DNA from: a virus | Taxonomy: Duplodnaviria > Heunggongvirae > Uroviricota > Caudoviricetes | Length of the DNA: 64,000 bases | Virus record (IMG/VR): IMGVR_UViG_3300026549_000060 | Location: 1-64,000 of that record | Reading direction: 5' to 3' (one strand) | Shown: positions 10,398 to 21,745 of the stretch, piece by piece | How positions within the stretch are numbered: the first letter of the stretch is position 1 | Layout of the letters: every line of letters starts with the position of its first letter | Translations under genes and position numbers: made by a program | The notes under the pieces: model-generated | The model's input: only the letters and a program-made list of their open reading frames with translations | Told to the model about the DNA's origin: nothing | Databases searched by the model: none

Positions 10398-12179
10398 TTA
10401 TGTATAATGTTTTATCCTGCACTCATATGTAAATTTTGGCAAAACTGCTTTACAATGTGCAGGTAAGTATATTAATACTCTAATAAAATTATGGTATCCA
10501 TCTATTAAAGGTATTTCTTCTCTCGTAAGGTCCTGATTAGAATTTAACTTCTTCCAAATTGGATTCTGTGACATATCATTAACTGGAGGTTTATTCCCTC
10601 TAAATATATCATTAACCTTAGGTATCTTCATTCTAGTATATTTAATTACAGATACTTCTTCTGGATTAATAACATACTCACCTTCAAATCTTTCTCCAAT
10701 AACAGTATAGGTAAATTCTGAAGTAAATCCATGGTATATATCATCTAATAAAACTAACATCTTAGTTCTACTGATATTTTCATCAATATCCTGTTTAACA
10801 GTTTTAATATTAGTTAGTCTATACTGATCTTTAGAATTATATTGTTTAGTAATTAAAACTAAATCTCTATCTAATAGATTTTCTATAGTACCAGTTACAA
10901 AGTCATATGCTAAAGAATCATACTTGCTTAAAGTAGTATATAATATAGATGGATAAATTTCTACAGGAATATCATCCGTATTAATACCAACTTCTTGTTC
11001 TTGACTATCAACTATTACATTAAAATCTTCAAAGATATCTTTATCAAACTTATCAGTATACCAAAGTTTTTCATCAATTCTATGATTATATCTCCACTCA
11101 TCAATTAACTGATATGTAATTCCAGGATTGTCTTCATCATCTGGACTACCACCAAAATAAAAATCTTCAGTAATCTTTTTCATTTGGTCATAGTTATTAG
11201 GTCTATAATCATAGGGATTATCAAAATTCCATTCATATACATCTGTATAGATTTGTTGAGTTAAATTATAGGTTAACTGATCTCCTACAGACATTGTATC
11301 AGATATATCAGAACCAAATCTAATAATTGGTGCCAAATCAATCATTCTAGCATGATATGGTTTAAGATAGTTTACTATTAACTTAGTATAACTACTGTAT
11401 AAATTAGTTAAAGTACCTAATAACTTTAATGGAAAGGTTTGCCTGGTATACTGATATAAAATTTGTTCAAATGATGTTAAGAAAGTTAAATAAAATTGAT
11501 TTGCCTGTATTATAACTGAATTTATATTTAATAATCCATCTTTATATGATTCATCCGCAGGTTCAGCATCATACATAGTAGCAACTGGTTTAGAATCAAA
11601 CAAATACTTTAACTTAGTTGGAACAGAAACATTCTTAGCTTCATTAGCAGCTAATTTAGCAAAGTTATCTATTTTACTTTTACAATAATTATAAAAATCT
11701 TGGTTTTCATTATATAAAAGTATACCTGATGATAAGTATTGGCCAAATGAATTAAGAGCATCCGTACCATCTAAGAAATAGTTATGATATTTTGTACCAT
11801 TTCTATAGAACATTTTCTTAAATACTTCAAATCTAGCATACTTATCTTTATAAGAAGCTGCTGTAGCACTTAAATGATCATATATTTTTAATGCTTTAGG
11901 AATATCTATGACAGGATTGGTGACAACTCTATTCCATCCAATAATACCATCGCCATATAAGATGTTCAAAGTGTAATTAAGATATTTAGGATATCCATAC
12001 CATGAACCAGCCTCTCCATAGATATTACAAAATGCATAAAGATACCCTAGTACCAAATCTCTGAAACTAACTCTCTCACCATATCCATCAATTGTGTATA
12101 ACTTCGTTTCTTCACCAAAAGCATTAAGCCTTTCAGAATATTGTCTTACTATGTCCATAGCTATAGCTATTTTGTTCAT
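10398..12179 (-). CDS. hypothetical protein (593 aa), possibly structural
   Basis: Long ORF. Confidence 0.45.
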   Translation of the reverse strand: MNKIAIAMDIVRQYSERLNAFGEETKLYTIDGYGERVSFRDLVLGYLYAFCNIYGEAGSWYGYPKYLNYTLNILYGDGIIGWNRVVTNPVIDIPKALKIYDHLSATAASYKDKYARFEVFKKMFYRNGTKYHNYFLDGTDALNSFGQYLSSGILLYNENQDFYNYCKSKIDNFAKLAANEAKNVSVPTKLKYLFDSKPVATMYDAEPADESYKDGLLNINSVIIQANQFYLTFLTSFEQILYQYTRQTFPLKLLGTLTNLYSSYTKLIVNYLKPYHARMIDLAPIIRFGSDISDTMSVGDQLTYNLTQQIYTDVYEWNFDNPYDYRPNNYDQMKKITEDFYFGGSPDDEDNPGITYQLIDEWRYNHRIDEKLWYTDKFDKDIFEDFNVIVDSQEQEVGINTDDIPVEIYPSILYTTLSKYDSLAYDFVTGTIENLLDRDLVLITKQYNSKDQYRLTNIKTVKQDIDENISRTKMLVLLDDIYHGFTSEFTYTVIGERFEGEYVINPEEVSVIKYTRMKIPKVNDIFRGNKPPVNDMSQNPIWKKLNSNQDLTREEIPLIDGYHNFIRVLIYLPAHCKAVLPKFTYECRIKHYT

Positions 12180-12515
12180 AGTATGCTTATCAGATAAAGA
12201 ACTTATTGTAAAATAAGATGTCTGTACTGGAAGTGAATTAAATATATTCTGTCACCTCCCCCTTTCAAAAGTCTATATTATTCTATAAATAAATGTGTAA
12301 ATACTGTGAGATCTGTTTAAACTTCTTATCTCCTAACTCTTTAAACTTCTCATTACACCATTTAATAGCATCTTTTGGCCCAGTAAATTCTTCTGGATCA
12401 GCATCAAATATTGCTTCATCAAGTCTTTTATTTTTTTGGATACTAGATGCCTGTGGAGTTATGTATGCAGAGGTTTCAGAATACTTTTTATTCTTAGGTA
12501 TAAGTTTATAGGTTC

Positions 12516-13271
12516 TCAAGGATTCTCATCCTCCTCAGGTGTAGTATCTTCTTCTTGAACTAAAGTTAATAATGACCTATTAAATATCCTTCTCAATTCT
12601 TCATCAGTAACTGTCCACAGAATATCATCTAAATCTTCTACTTTGATTGGGTATACATCTACAGTTTGACCAGATATTCCATGACTTCTATATGTTGTAT
12701 GTGGAGCTAATACAAATTCTCCATCCAAAGAGTTTAACTCATATTCATCTATCTGATATGAATTAAAGCCTATGTGTGATAATAGAATAGTAAGAAGTTC
12801 TGTAGTACCTTTTAATCTAATATTTCTATAGATATGTTGTGCTAATTCTATCTTAATTGGTGTTTCAAATATTCTATGAATTAAGAAACCATATGAATCT
12901 AAGAAATCATTAATAACTGAAGTTTCTTGTTGTGCAATATCAGTTATATAAAGTCTACCTTCTATAATTGTATCAAATATCGAAAATAAATCTATTAATA
13001 CATTTATAAGTTCTTCATATCTAGTATTATCTTCATCATCTGAAGTATATACTGACTGATATATAACTGATCTAAAATACGGTTCTATTTTATTTCTAGA
13101 TTCGAGATATCTAGATTTAATAACTGGATCATTAACTTTAGTAAAATCTAAATCTTTAGACGCAGTTATTAGTTCTTTAAATAGTTTTATAGGAACTCTT
13201 CTGCTTAAAAGCTTCTTTTCAACATTATGTAATGTTTCTTCACAAATATTTTCTCTGATATTGACACTCAT
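12516..13271 (-). CDS. hypothetical protein
   Basis: ORF, translationally coupled to its neighbour. Confidence 0.45.
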   Translation of the reverse strand: MSVNIRENICEETLHNVEKKLLSRRVPIKLFKELITASKDLDFTKVNDPVIKSRYLESRNKIEPYFRSVIYQSVYTSDDEDNTRYEELINVLIDLFSIFDTIIEGRLYITDIAQQETSVINDFLDSYGFLIHRIFETPIKIELAQHIYRNIRLKGTTELLTILLSHIGFNSYQIDEYELNSLDGEFVLAPHTTYRSHGISGQTVDVYPIKVEDLDDILWTVTDEELRRIFNRSLLTLVQEEDTTPEEDENP

Positions 13272-14512
13272 TCTAATACCACCTTATGATTCTCAATATC
13301 TAATAATTCTTTATTGATTTGACAATACTCTACCATAGCTTCAAATAGATTAGTAGCAAACATACTATCTGGATATACCATTGGGTTACTACTATAAGTA
13401 TATTCCGCAATTTCATCAGCTAAATTACAAATAGGACTATTCGGGTATTTATTTATTAAACTTACATTATAAGTATTATTCTTTTGACAATCTAATAAAA
13501 AGTTAGTAGCTGCATTAAATTCAGCAGTTTTTTTACCATAAAACATTGACCCTAACAATGTACCTGAACTACCAACTAAAGCTTCAGAATAACCATTCCA
13601 TAAATTTACCTTAGGATTTAAAACAGAATCTTTGGAAGTAGTACTTACTCTATTTAAAAACTTATGAGTATTATCAAACTGAGTTATCATAGCCCACAAT
13701 ATAAAAATACTGTTTAATGGTATTTTAACATCAAAACCTTCATTTAATAATATCTTTATTGGTGGTGAGATCTTATCATGAGTTGCAATTATAGTTTCTA
13801 ACTGTGGAAAAGCTATATTATTATAGAAGTGATACCCGATATTATCATGATAATTATCATCATTATTAAGATAATCAATAACCTTATTAAGCCTGGTTAT
13901 ATTTCTATTATAGTTTTCAGCATTAAAAGTACTATAGATTCTTTTAGTGAATTCATCGTATTGGTATTCTTGAGTAAGAACATTTTCTTTTTCAAAATTA
14001 TAATTAAACATTTCTTGTTTTAACTGACACTGATAATATGTTATATCAAAAGTACCTGATTTAGTTATATTAGTAACCACCCAAGTAGAATAGTCATTAG
14101 ATATTTTAAAGATAACTCTATCTCCAGGATGTGGATGTAATCCACAAACAGTATCAATAACAATACTGGTTTGTTGGTCCATATAGTTTAATCCTTTTTC
14201 AGAACTATTTAAAGCATGTGGTGTAGCATTTTGGGAGAACAATACTGCTAGATTATGTATCTTAGAATACTTTAAACCTGTTAACTTACCATCAGGTCTA
14301 TATGTTGACATATAATTTTGATCATACACTGATTCATCTTTATCTAAATGGTAATACGTACAATCTATAACAACATGCTCTTTAGCATACTGTTCATAAG
14401 TTAACTTTTTATATTCTTCAACATAATCTCTTCGTCTAATAATAGTCTGGTGTAATGATGATATGGTATTGTCACCTCCGTTAAATATATAAAAATATAG
14501 AGAGCCAGTCAC
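13268..14512 (-). CDS. hypothetical protein
   Basis: ORF. Confidence 0.45.
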   Translation of the reverse strand: MTGSLYFYIFNGGDNTISSLHQTIIRRRDYVEEYKKLTYEQYAKEHVVIDCTYYHLDKDESVYDQNYMSTYRPDGKLTGLKYSKIHNLAVLFSQNATPHALNSSEKGLNYMDQQTSIVIDTVCGLHPHPGDRVIFKISNDYSTWVVTNITKSGTFDITYYQCQLKQEMFNYNFEKENVLTQEYQYDEFTKRIYSTFNAENYNRNITRLNKVIDYLNNDDNYHDNIGYHFYNNIAFPQLETIIATHDKISPPIKILLNEGFDVKIPLNSIFILWAMITQFDNTHKFLNRVSTTSKDSVLNPKVNLWNGYSEALVGSSGTLLGSMFYGKKTAEFNAATNFLLDCQKNNTYNVSLINKYPNSPICNLADEIAEYTYSSNPMVYPDSMFATNLFEAMVEYCQINKELLDIENHKVVLE

Positions 14513-14629
14513 CCTGTAATTTTAGTGTGAATGACCCTCTATATTTGTTCAAGAAAAATTACTATTCTTTACTAGATACAATAATTGAACACAATAGGAA
14601 TCCAAAAACTGCACCAGCAATAAATTTAA

Positions 14630-15556
14630 TCATTTTACTGAAAAGAATACTAGATAAATGATATAACCAATTGCACCAATAGTTGTTCCAATGAAGAAAC
14701 TCATCCAAGATTTAAACTGTTTAAGCTTATTTTCACAAGTTTTAAGTTCTTCTTTTCTGCATTCATACGCTGTTCTAAGTTCATCATAAGTAATCTTATA
14801 ATTGCAAAGCTCATTCTGAACTGTAAGATACTTAGTATTTGATTTTTCTTTTTCATATGCCTTAACTTCTTTAAGAGTTTTAAGTTCAGTTTCAAGCAGA
14901 TCATTCTTATACACAACTCGCTCATAATCATTTTTAACTGCATTAAAACAATTATATTTCCTAAATATCTCATTAAATGCAATCAATTCATCAGTACCAA
15001 TATTCTCATCAAAGGGAATTTCAAAAGTTTTAAGAACTTGTTTTATAATCTCTTTCTTATCTTCCTTAACATAATTTTTAATATCAAATTTCTTATTAAT
15101 ATAGTTTTTCAACCATTCAAAAGTACATCTATCATCAATAGTAAGCTCTTCATCTTTTACTTTAAAGATAAGTGGAAGTACTTCTCTATAAATATCTGTA
15201 GTTAATCTATCCGCATCCACATAATCATCATAATTACCTGGACTCCAATAGAAATTATTTCTTAAATAATAAAAACTATCTAAAAACTTTGAGAATACAT
15301 CTGAGACAGATAGATCCAATTTACAATTATGTACTGTAACTTCATTAGTATCCGGTATATCCGACAAATCCAACATAACCGAAAGTTCAAGTAAAGCTGA
15401 TTCAAATTTCTTAAAGTCTTCAGTTTCTATTTCTTCTTTTGGAACATCTATTTCAAAGCCACCATACTTATCAAGATACTTATAGTACTTACTAGCTACA
15501 ATAGTATGCCAATTCAGCTCAAACTCATCAATTTTTTCTTTGTCTAAAGTATTCAT
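14630..15556 (-). CDS. hypothetical coiled-coil protein with a C-terminal TM anchor
   Basis: C-terminal FFIGTTIGAIGYIIYLVFF. Confidence 0.45.
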   Translation of the reverse strand: MNTLDKEKIDEFELNWHTIVASKYYKYLDKYGGFEIDVPKEEIETEDFKKFESALLELSVMLDLSDIPDTNEVTVHNCKLDLSVSDVFSKFLDSFYYLRNNFYWSPGNYDDYVDADRLTTDIYREVLPLIFKVKDEELTIDDRCTFEWLKNYINKKFDIKNYVKEDKKEIIKQVLKTFEIPFDENIGTDELIAFNEIFRKYNCFNAVKNDYERVVYKNDLLETELKTLKEVKAYEKEKSNTKYLTVQNELCNYKITYDELRTAYECRKEELKTCENKLKQFKSWMSFFIGTTIGAIGYIIYLVFFSVK

Positions 15557-15560
15557 AATA

Positions 15561-15980
15561 TTAATCCTCCTCAGGATAATATACGTTAATATTTACTTTA
15601 AATCCATTCTTCTCAAACTCTTCTTTTGAAAAAGCACACATAATGTACTCCTCAATATCTCGAAGTTTATTAATCAATGTACACTTAATAAGCACTGATT
15701 CAGGAACATACTCGGCAAATATATCAGCGACATAATATTCAGCATCCCATAGTTTAGATATGGGTTTTTCTTCCCAATAAACTGGGATTAAAACCAATTC
15801 ATCTGAAGTTTCATCTACAATTCCTCTGTGATATAAATCCCTATCTACACAATAATCATATAAAGCATCATATTGAACATTCTCTTCTACATTACAATTA
15901 ATAGATGTGATCCCTAAGTTCTTAAGAAGATCAAAATAAAACTTCTTCTCTCTAAATATTTGAGACAATTCTAACACCAA
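15561..15980 (-). CDS. hypothetical protein
   Basis: ORF. Confidence 0.4.
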   Translation of the reverse strand: MVLELSQIFREKKFYFDLLKNLGITSINCNVEENVQYDALYDYCVDRDLYHRGIVDETSDELVLIPVYWEEKPISKLWDAEYYVADIFAEYVPESVLIKCTLINKLRDIEEYIMCAFSKEEFEKNGFKVNINVYYPEED

Positions 15981-16695
15981 GCCTTTCTAATTGATTTTTA
16001 GTAAGGGCCATTTCATATTTCAAGGTTGCTGTTGTTCCATCACCTGTTTGATCCCAGAACTTAAAGTATGCAATATTAGTATCCTTAAAATACGTAAAAG
16101 AAACCATACTAGCAAAGTCTTTAGACGCATCATAGCACATAGTTTCTAATCTAAGGTTTGCTTGCATACTCCATTCTCTAAGGTGAACATCATTACAATA
16201 ATCATGACCACCATAAAACCTATAGCCACAATTATACTTATCATTAAGCTCAATCATAGTTAAACTCGTATTTTTAATATAGATCTTAAATCTTTCTGTA
16301 TCAGTTGCATCAGGAGGGCATTTTTGTTGACCAGGAAGAGTTAAGTCCACATCTATCTTAAGATGGCTTTGACTAGGTTCAAAGTGGTTCTCAATAAATC
16401 TTTTAGTCAAAGCATATAGAAGTTTTTCTTCGGGGTCTAGATTAGTTTTACAATAGATATATACTACTTCATCTTTAAGGTCATATTCAAATCTAAGATC
16501 CTTCATATACTCATCATCAGTATCTTCTTCACCAGTCTTTGCATCAAATAACTTATCCTGAATATGATACACATCTGAAGTAACTTTATCATAGCATATT
16601 CGTGGCGGATTATATGTATTCTCAATATGAAACTTAATTGTTCTATCTGAAATACCACAATTAGTTAATACATAGTAAACTTGTTCTTTATCCAT
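15952..16695 (-). CDS. hypothetical protein
   Basis: ORF. Confidence 0.4.
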   Translation of the reverse strand: MDKEQVYYVLTNCGISDRTIKFHIENTYNPPRICYDKVTSDVYHIQDKLFDAKTGEEDTDDEYMKDLRFEYDLKDEVVYIYCKTNLDPEEKLLYALTKRFIENHFEPSQSHLKIDVDLTLPGQQKCPPDATDTERFKIYIKNTSLTMIELNDKYNCGYRFYGGHDYCNDVHLREWSMQANLRLETMCYDASKDFASMVSFTYFKDTNIAYFKFWDQTGDGTTATLKYEMALTKNQLERLGVRIVSNI

Positions 16696-16700
16696 TTTAT

Positions 16701-17153
16701 TTAGTCCTTATAAGCAAACATCACACTAACACCATGGTACTTCTCAAGATCAAATTTGTTAACACAGCCTAAGTACATATAATGATCATCATTATCATTA
16801 GTGCTAAACCATACATGAATTAGATTATAATCTTCATCGTATTTAACACCAACTTTGCCAACAAATTTGTCTTCTCTATGAAGTTTATCCCCTTTATTAA
16901 CCACTGTAAAATGCTTACAATGAATCAATGGATTATCTTTACAAGATTCCTTTACTTCATAATCTTCAATAGTATAAACATCTTCTGGGTGAAGTTTAAG
17001 ATGCTCATTATAATCAAATACCTTAGTGCTAATATTATCCATAAAAGCCTCTGACCAAGCAGACTCATCTTTGAAATGCTGTTTAAATACAATTACACCA
17101 TGAGTAGGCTGAGTAACAACTGCAAGAAGCTTAATGCATGCAAACTTATTCAT
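16701..17153 (-). CDS. hypothetical protein
   Basis: ORF. Confidence 0.4.
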   Translation of the reverse strand: MNKFACIKLLAVVTQPTHGVIVFKQHFKDESAWSEAFMDNISTKVFDYNEHLKLHPEDVYTIEDYEVKESCKDNPLIHCKHFTVVNKGDKLHREDKFVGKVGVKYDEDYNLIHVWFSTNDNDDHYMYLGCVNKFDLEKYHGVSVMFAYKD

Positions 17154-17158
17154 ATAAA

Positions 17159-17356
17159 TTAATCCCCCTTAGTTGCTTGATTCCAAAATTTAATTGCTTC
17201 TTCAATGGTATCACATCTAGGTCCGGTAGCTAAACAATAAGGATTATCACAAACTACAAAATATTTACCTTTTTCTTTAGCTACTCCTTCAGCACAACTT
17301 TTACAAAAAGGGCAAGTGTTTAGCCCTTCATTACCGTTTACAAATTCATAATCCAC
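17159..17356 (-). CDS. Lar-family-like restriction alleviation zinc-ribbon protein
   Basis: 65 aa with CPFC...C..C pairs and a C-terminal EEAIKFWNQ, resembling the Lar family motif (...CPFCGG...eaWN.R). Confidence 0.45.
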   Translation of the reverse strand: MDYEFVNGNEGLNTCPFCKSCAEGVAKEKGKYFVVCDNPYCLATGPRCDTIEEAIKFWNQATKGD

Positions 17357-17366
17357 AGTATATCAC

Positions 17367-18146
17367 CTAATAAATAAACTCATCTTGATATTTAATTAAC
17401 AGTTCCATTCCTTCTTTAATAATCTTTTTATCTTGGTTTGGCATATTATATTCATCACAAAAATACTTTTCTTTAAGTTCTAATGCTTTGATCATCTTAC
17501 CCAGAATAGTTCCCCATTCTCTTCTAGATTCTTCTTTAGGTTTTTCCTCATATCCAGTCCAGATATATGATTCACTTCCAAGACTTTCAATTTTTTTAAT
17601 AAACTCTCCATTCTCATCTTTCTTACGACTAATATCATACGGACAAGTTTTATCTAAACAAGCTGAACAGGATTTCATATGTTTAAGACCACTAATAAGA
17701 TATTGTCTAATATTATGACTAAAATCTAGTAATCCTTCAAAGCTTTTATCATCATATTCAAATCTAGCAGCTTTTCTATATCTTTCATCAACTTTCTTGA
17801 GATCTTTATTTAAACTTTCGAGTTCAGCTTCAATTTTTTGTTTATACTCTTTATGTGATTTTTTAGCTTGCCAGAGTCTCCAAGTTAAAATCTTAATCTT
17901 CTTTTCTTCAGGAGTATCTTCTGGAGTAGGTATAAGATTCTCTTTCTCATACCAGTTAAACTTATTATCTTTAAGTCTGTCCAATTCTTCTCTAAGCATC
18001 TTATTCTCATTAATTAAAGATAAACCCCATCCTAATACTGTTTTAATTACATTAATGGGCTCTTCTTTTTTTAACTCCTCAAGATTCAATTCTTTAACTG
18101 GCATCTCGTGCTTCCTCCCTGAAATTAATCTTAATAATAAACCCAT
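17367..18146 (-). CDS. hypothetical coiled-coil protein
   Basis: ORF. Confidence 0.4.
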   Translation of the reverse strand: MGLLLRLISGRKHEMPVKELNLEELKKEEPINVIKTVLGWGLSLINENKMLREELDRLKDNKFNWYEKENLIPTPEDTPEEKKIKILTWRLWQAKKSHKEYKQKIEAELESLNKDLKKVDERYRKAARFEYDDKSFEGLLDFSHNIRQYLISGLKHMKSCSACLDKTCPYDISRKKDENGEFIKKIESLGSESYIWTGYEEKPKEESRREWGTILGKMIKALELKEKYFCDEYNMPNQDKKIIKEGMELLIKYQDEFIY

Positions 18147-18585
18147 ACTTACTCAATTCATCTAACTTAAAAATAGCTAAAAGCCTATATGCGGGATAAT
18201 CGATCAAATGCTCTGTTGCATATAAATCTAATGAAGAATCTTCATTATGATATCCTAAAAATATGATAAGTAAATTATCAACATCACAGGCCGCAATCAT
18301 ATTATCTAAATACTTTTCCGTAGTATTACTATTGGTATCAAGTTTAGTTAAATCACTATATCTATAAAATGGAGCATCATCCGTTTCATAAAGATCATAA
18401 ATATCGCCACTTAAATACTTATCCCAATGATACTCATTAGCATTTAAGCTTTTATAAATATTAGGATTAAACTCTAAAGTAGTTTTACCAATTTCTTTTA
18501 AGAATCTAATTAGATCATCTTTATTCATTTCCAAACCTCTTAACACACTGATTTGGATAAATTCTCCAACAGTAGAAAGTTTCAT
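18094..18585 (-). CDS. hypothetical protein
   Basis: ORF. Confidence 0.4.
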   Translation of the reverse strand: MKLSTVGEFIQISVLRGLEMNKDDLIRFLKEIGKTTLEFNPNIYKSLNANEYHWDKYLSGDIYDLYETDDAPFYRYSDLTKLDTNSNTTEKYLDNMIAACDVDNLLIIFLGYHNEDSSLDLYATEHLIDYPAYRLLAIFKLDELSKYGFIIKINFREEARDAS

Positions 18586-18852
18586 CTCTTACTGTAATCA
18601 TCTTAGGCCCAATACTATAAACTACTGCCTTAACTAAAGTAGGCCTATATACCCCAAGCCTTTCATCATAAACTTTTTGAATAGCCATAACCTTATCACC
18701 AATAGTAAGTTCAAATCCAGAAGAATCCTTAGTATAGATCATAGTATTATTACTCCTTCCAAAAAAACTTGATTAGACAATACAAAGTCGCTACGAGCAG
18801 AATATAAAATATTATAAAGATATAATCAACATCTCCATAAGGAGTCATGATA

Positions 18853-19380
18853 TCAAATGTTTGTCTCCCCACTGTCAATGGTTTCATCTTCCTTTACCTC
18901 CTCAGTATCTTCTACATTCTCTTTGGTAGCCTCTTCATCAGTAGTAACTGTAAACACAGGTTTTTCAGTCCAAGCCATAACATACTTATCATTAATAATA
19001 TCTTCAAGCATCTTAACAAACTCATTCAGCATATTTGAAAGCTTGTCTTTAACTGCTTTACTATAATTGTCCTCATTATCAACACTAATATTACAAGCAA
19101 AATTAACTCGCCTAAACAGCTGGAAAATACCTGAAGTAATCAAAAATGAATTTACCCATTTCTTACTACAAATATAATCAATATCTTCTTCTTTATATGA
19201 AGTAACCATAAAATTAATATTAACTACTGGTACTTTTTCTTTATCCTTAAAAGTTTCTTCATCCGGAATAATAGAAACGGACATAATGTCTGTCATCTCA
19301 TCAGGATTTTCATTATTTCTACCAGTAATGCCAATCTTTACAGAAAAAATATCAATCTTCATTCTTATTTTCCTCCTCAA
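18853..19380 (-). CDS. hypothetical protein with an acidic C-terminus
   Basis: ORF. Confidence 0.4.
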   Translation of the reverse strand: MRRKIRMKIDIFSVKIGITGRNNENPDEMTDIMSVSIIPDEETFKDKEKVPVVNINFMVTSYKEEDIDYICSKKWVNSFLITSGIFQLFRRVNFACNISVDNEDNYSKAVKDKLSNMLNEFVKMLEDIINDKYVMAWTEKPVFTVTTDEEATKENVEDTEEVKEDETIDSGETNI

Positions 19381-19759
19381 TAACTTTGCCCAAAGGGTCT
19401 TTAGTGTATTCAGAATGTACTGTAAGTACTTTTATATCTGGAAATAGATTTACATTAGAGCCAAAAGCTTGGAGTAATAGATCCGGAGTTGTTTTATCTT
19501 TTAGCTCATAAGTGATTGTAATGGTTCTAAATCTACTTAAATGATTAACAGGAACTTCTTCTCTATTTTTATTATTCTTATGCCAGGAAAATATATACTT
19601 CTCTATATAGGGATAATCTAAATACGTTCTTCTAAGTTTCTTATAAGCCTTTTCATCAAATTCTTTAAGCCATTTTCTATATTCTGGAGTATCTCGATAT
19701 GCTCTCCATTCATCAGCATCAAAATCTGTTAGTTTTTTCCACTCGTGGTCAGTATCCAA
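19352..19759 (-). CDS. hypothetical protein
   Basis: ORF. Confidence 0.4.
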   Translation of the reverse strand: MDTDHEWKKLTDFDADEWRAYRDTPEYRKWLKEFDEKAYKKLRRTYLDYPYIEKYIFSWHKNNKNREEVPVNHLSRFRTITITYELKDKTTPDLLLQAFGSNVNLFPDIKVLTVHSEYTKDPLGKVIEEENKNED

Positions 19760-19760
19760 A

Positions 19761-20534
19761 TTACTTAACCTCGTCTACTGGAATATTACCTACAATAGGA
19801 ATACTACCATTAACATTAAGAATCTTTGGCATATGACCATCCCACTTATCAACTGCTTTTTCCATAAGAACAAGTGGGCTAAGTGTTTTAGTCTTAATAG
19901 CCTGAGCTTCACTTTCAAGAATATTCTTCTGCTTAATATACTGCGCAGTAAGAGCTTCTTGTTCAGCTACCTTCTTATTTTCAATAGCTTTGTTGTACTC
20001 ATCACTAAAATCATGATTAGTAATATAGAACTTCTTAACCACAATACCTGTTCCAGAAGTCTTTTCAATAATAGCAGTCAAAATCTTATGTGAAATCTCT
20101 TCTCTAGACTCAACAAATTTTTCAATAGGATAAGATGCACAAACACTATTAATAATCTCATACACTGTTGGTCTGATAACAATCTCTTCAACTTTATTCT
20201 TATATGACTTATAGATATCTCCAAGTTTATCCGGATCAAATGCAAATACTAGTGTAGATTCAATTACAATAGTCTGCATATCCTTAGAGCTAATCTCAAT
20301 CTTAGAATTAAAGTTCCTATCTCTAATACTTACTTTAGTCACTGAATCAATAAATGGGACTTTAAAGTTCAGTCCTTCGGTAATACTATACTGATACCTG
20401 CCAAATCTGAAGATCATTCCCATTTCTCCGCTATCAATAATAGTAAATCCACCCATTACAAGAAACAGAATAAACAGCCCAACCAAACCACCAATAGCAA
20501 ATGAAGATTTAAGTACAAAATTATTTTTAAACAT
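19761..20534 (-). CDS. SPFH/Band-7 (prohibitin/HflC-like) membrane protein
   Basis: N-terminal TM followed by GEMGMIFRFGRYQ...GLNFKVPFIDSV, typical of the SPFH domain. Confidence 0.6.
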   Translation of the reverse strand: MFKNNFVLKSSFAIGGLVGLFILFLVMGGFTIIDSGEMGMIFRFGRYQYSITEGLNFKVPFIDSVTKVSIRDRNFNSKIEISSKDMQTIVIESTLVFAFDPDKLGDIYKSYKNKVEEIVIRPTVYEIINSVCASYPIEKFVESREEISHKILTAIIEKTSGTGIVVKKFYITNHDFSDEYNKAIENKKVAEQEALTAQYIKQKNILESEAQAIKTKTLSPLVLMEKAVDKWDGHMPKILNVNGSIPIVGNIPVDEVK

Positions 20535-20575
20535 TGTAACTCTCCTCCTATATAGTATTTAAACTAAACATCGTT

Positions 20576-20893
20576 TTATGTAATAGATGGTCCAGGCGGA
20601 TAATCATTAGGACCTTCTGAGAATGGATAAGAATATCTTACAGGGAAACCAGGCTTATCTGGTCCTTCTGGAAACTGAGGATAATTAGACTTATTCCCAG
20701 AGTTCTTAACTGTGTTTTCTATAAATTGTAATCTAGAATCAATCCTATCAAGAACTTCACACAAATGATTTAACATTTCTGATAAGTTAAAATTGTCATA
20801 ATTACAAATTTTTCGTTCAGGAATCGGAGTTCTAAAAACCCCATCATGAATAAATACTCCATTACCTAAATCTTTAATAATTCCGTCATCCAT
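20576..20893 (-). CDS. hypothetical protein with a Pro-rich C-terminus
   Basis: ORF. Confidence 0.4.
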   Translation of the reverse strand: MDDGIIKDLGNGVFIHDGVFRTPIPERKICNYDNFNLSEMLNHLCEVLDRIDSRLQFIENTVKNSGNKSNYPQFPEGPDKPGFPVRYSYPFSEGPNDYPPGPSIT

Positions 20894-21031
20894 TACTTAA
20901 CTCACCTCCATCAATCTTCATACCATCTAGGCTTGTCAGTATTCTTCTGCAATTTATCAACAAGCTCTTCCAAAAGCCGTCTAATAGCAGTTAGTTCTCT
21001 TAAAATATCCATAGTCTGAGCATCAAACATT

Positions 21032-21583
21032 TTAAATAAACATCTCCTTCTTAATTCGATCTAAACTAATAGGATAATAATGTGTATTCTCAACGCTTAC
21101 ATTATAATACCTATTACCATCCGCCCAACTTCCACCATTACCATATCTTAGATTATGTGTATGACCGTGTATATTAAGATAAGGACATTCTGAAGGCATA
21201 TAGGTAATTGGTTCATGACTTAGCCACAATCCATTATACATAATTGGATATCTTGAAAACTCTACACCAACATACCTGCCATTACCTAATAGATAATTCC
21301 TATCATGATTCCCCTTAACCACAATCATCTCTATCCATAACTCTTCATCAATTAATCTATCGAGTATCTTATATAAATACTCTTCATTACCAAAATCACC
21401 CAATATAAAAAATTTAATAGGATTAGCTTGTGTAGGATAATAATCAGTTTTACATGTTTTAAATTTTTCAACAATATTATCTATAAGTTTCTGATTCATT
21501 TCATCTACATCTTTAAAAGGCCTATGGTAATACTTAATTATATTCTCATCATCAAAATGAAGGTCTGCAATAAAGAATTCCAT
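21032..21583 (-). CDS. calcineurin-like metallophosphoesterase
   Basis: Motifs ADLHF, GDFG, GNHD and GHTH. Confidence 0.65.
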   Translation of the reverse strand: MEFFIADLHFDDENIIKYYHRPFKDVDEMNQKLIDNIVEKFKTCKTDYYPTQANPIKFFILGDFGNEEYLYKILDRLIDEELWIEMIVVKGNHDRNYLLGNGRYVGVEFSRYPIMYNGLWLSHEPITYMPSECPYLNIHGHTHNLRYGNGGSWADGNRYYNVSVENTHYYPISLDRIKKEMFI

Positions 21584-21745
21584 CTTAATTAAACCCTACT
21601 TTCTGTTTCTTATTCGATTCAAGTTTTTGCTTCGTGATCGAACCAAAACTAACTATATCTGCTATAATACTAAACACTATATACTGTAATATCCAATATA
21701 ACCCAGTGATAACTATAAAGAAAACCAAATAATAAATAATATCAA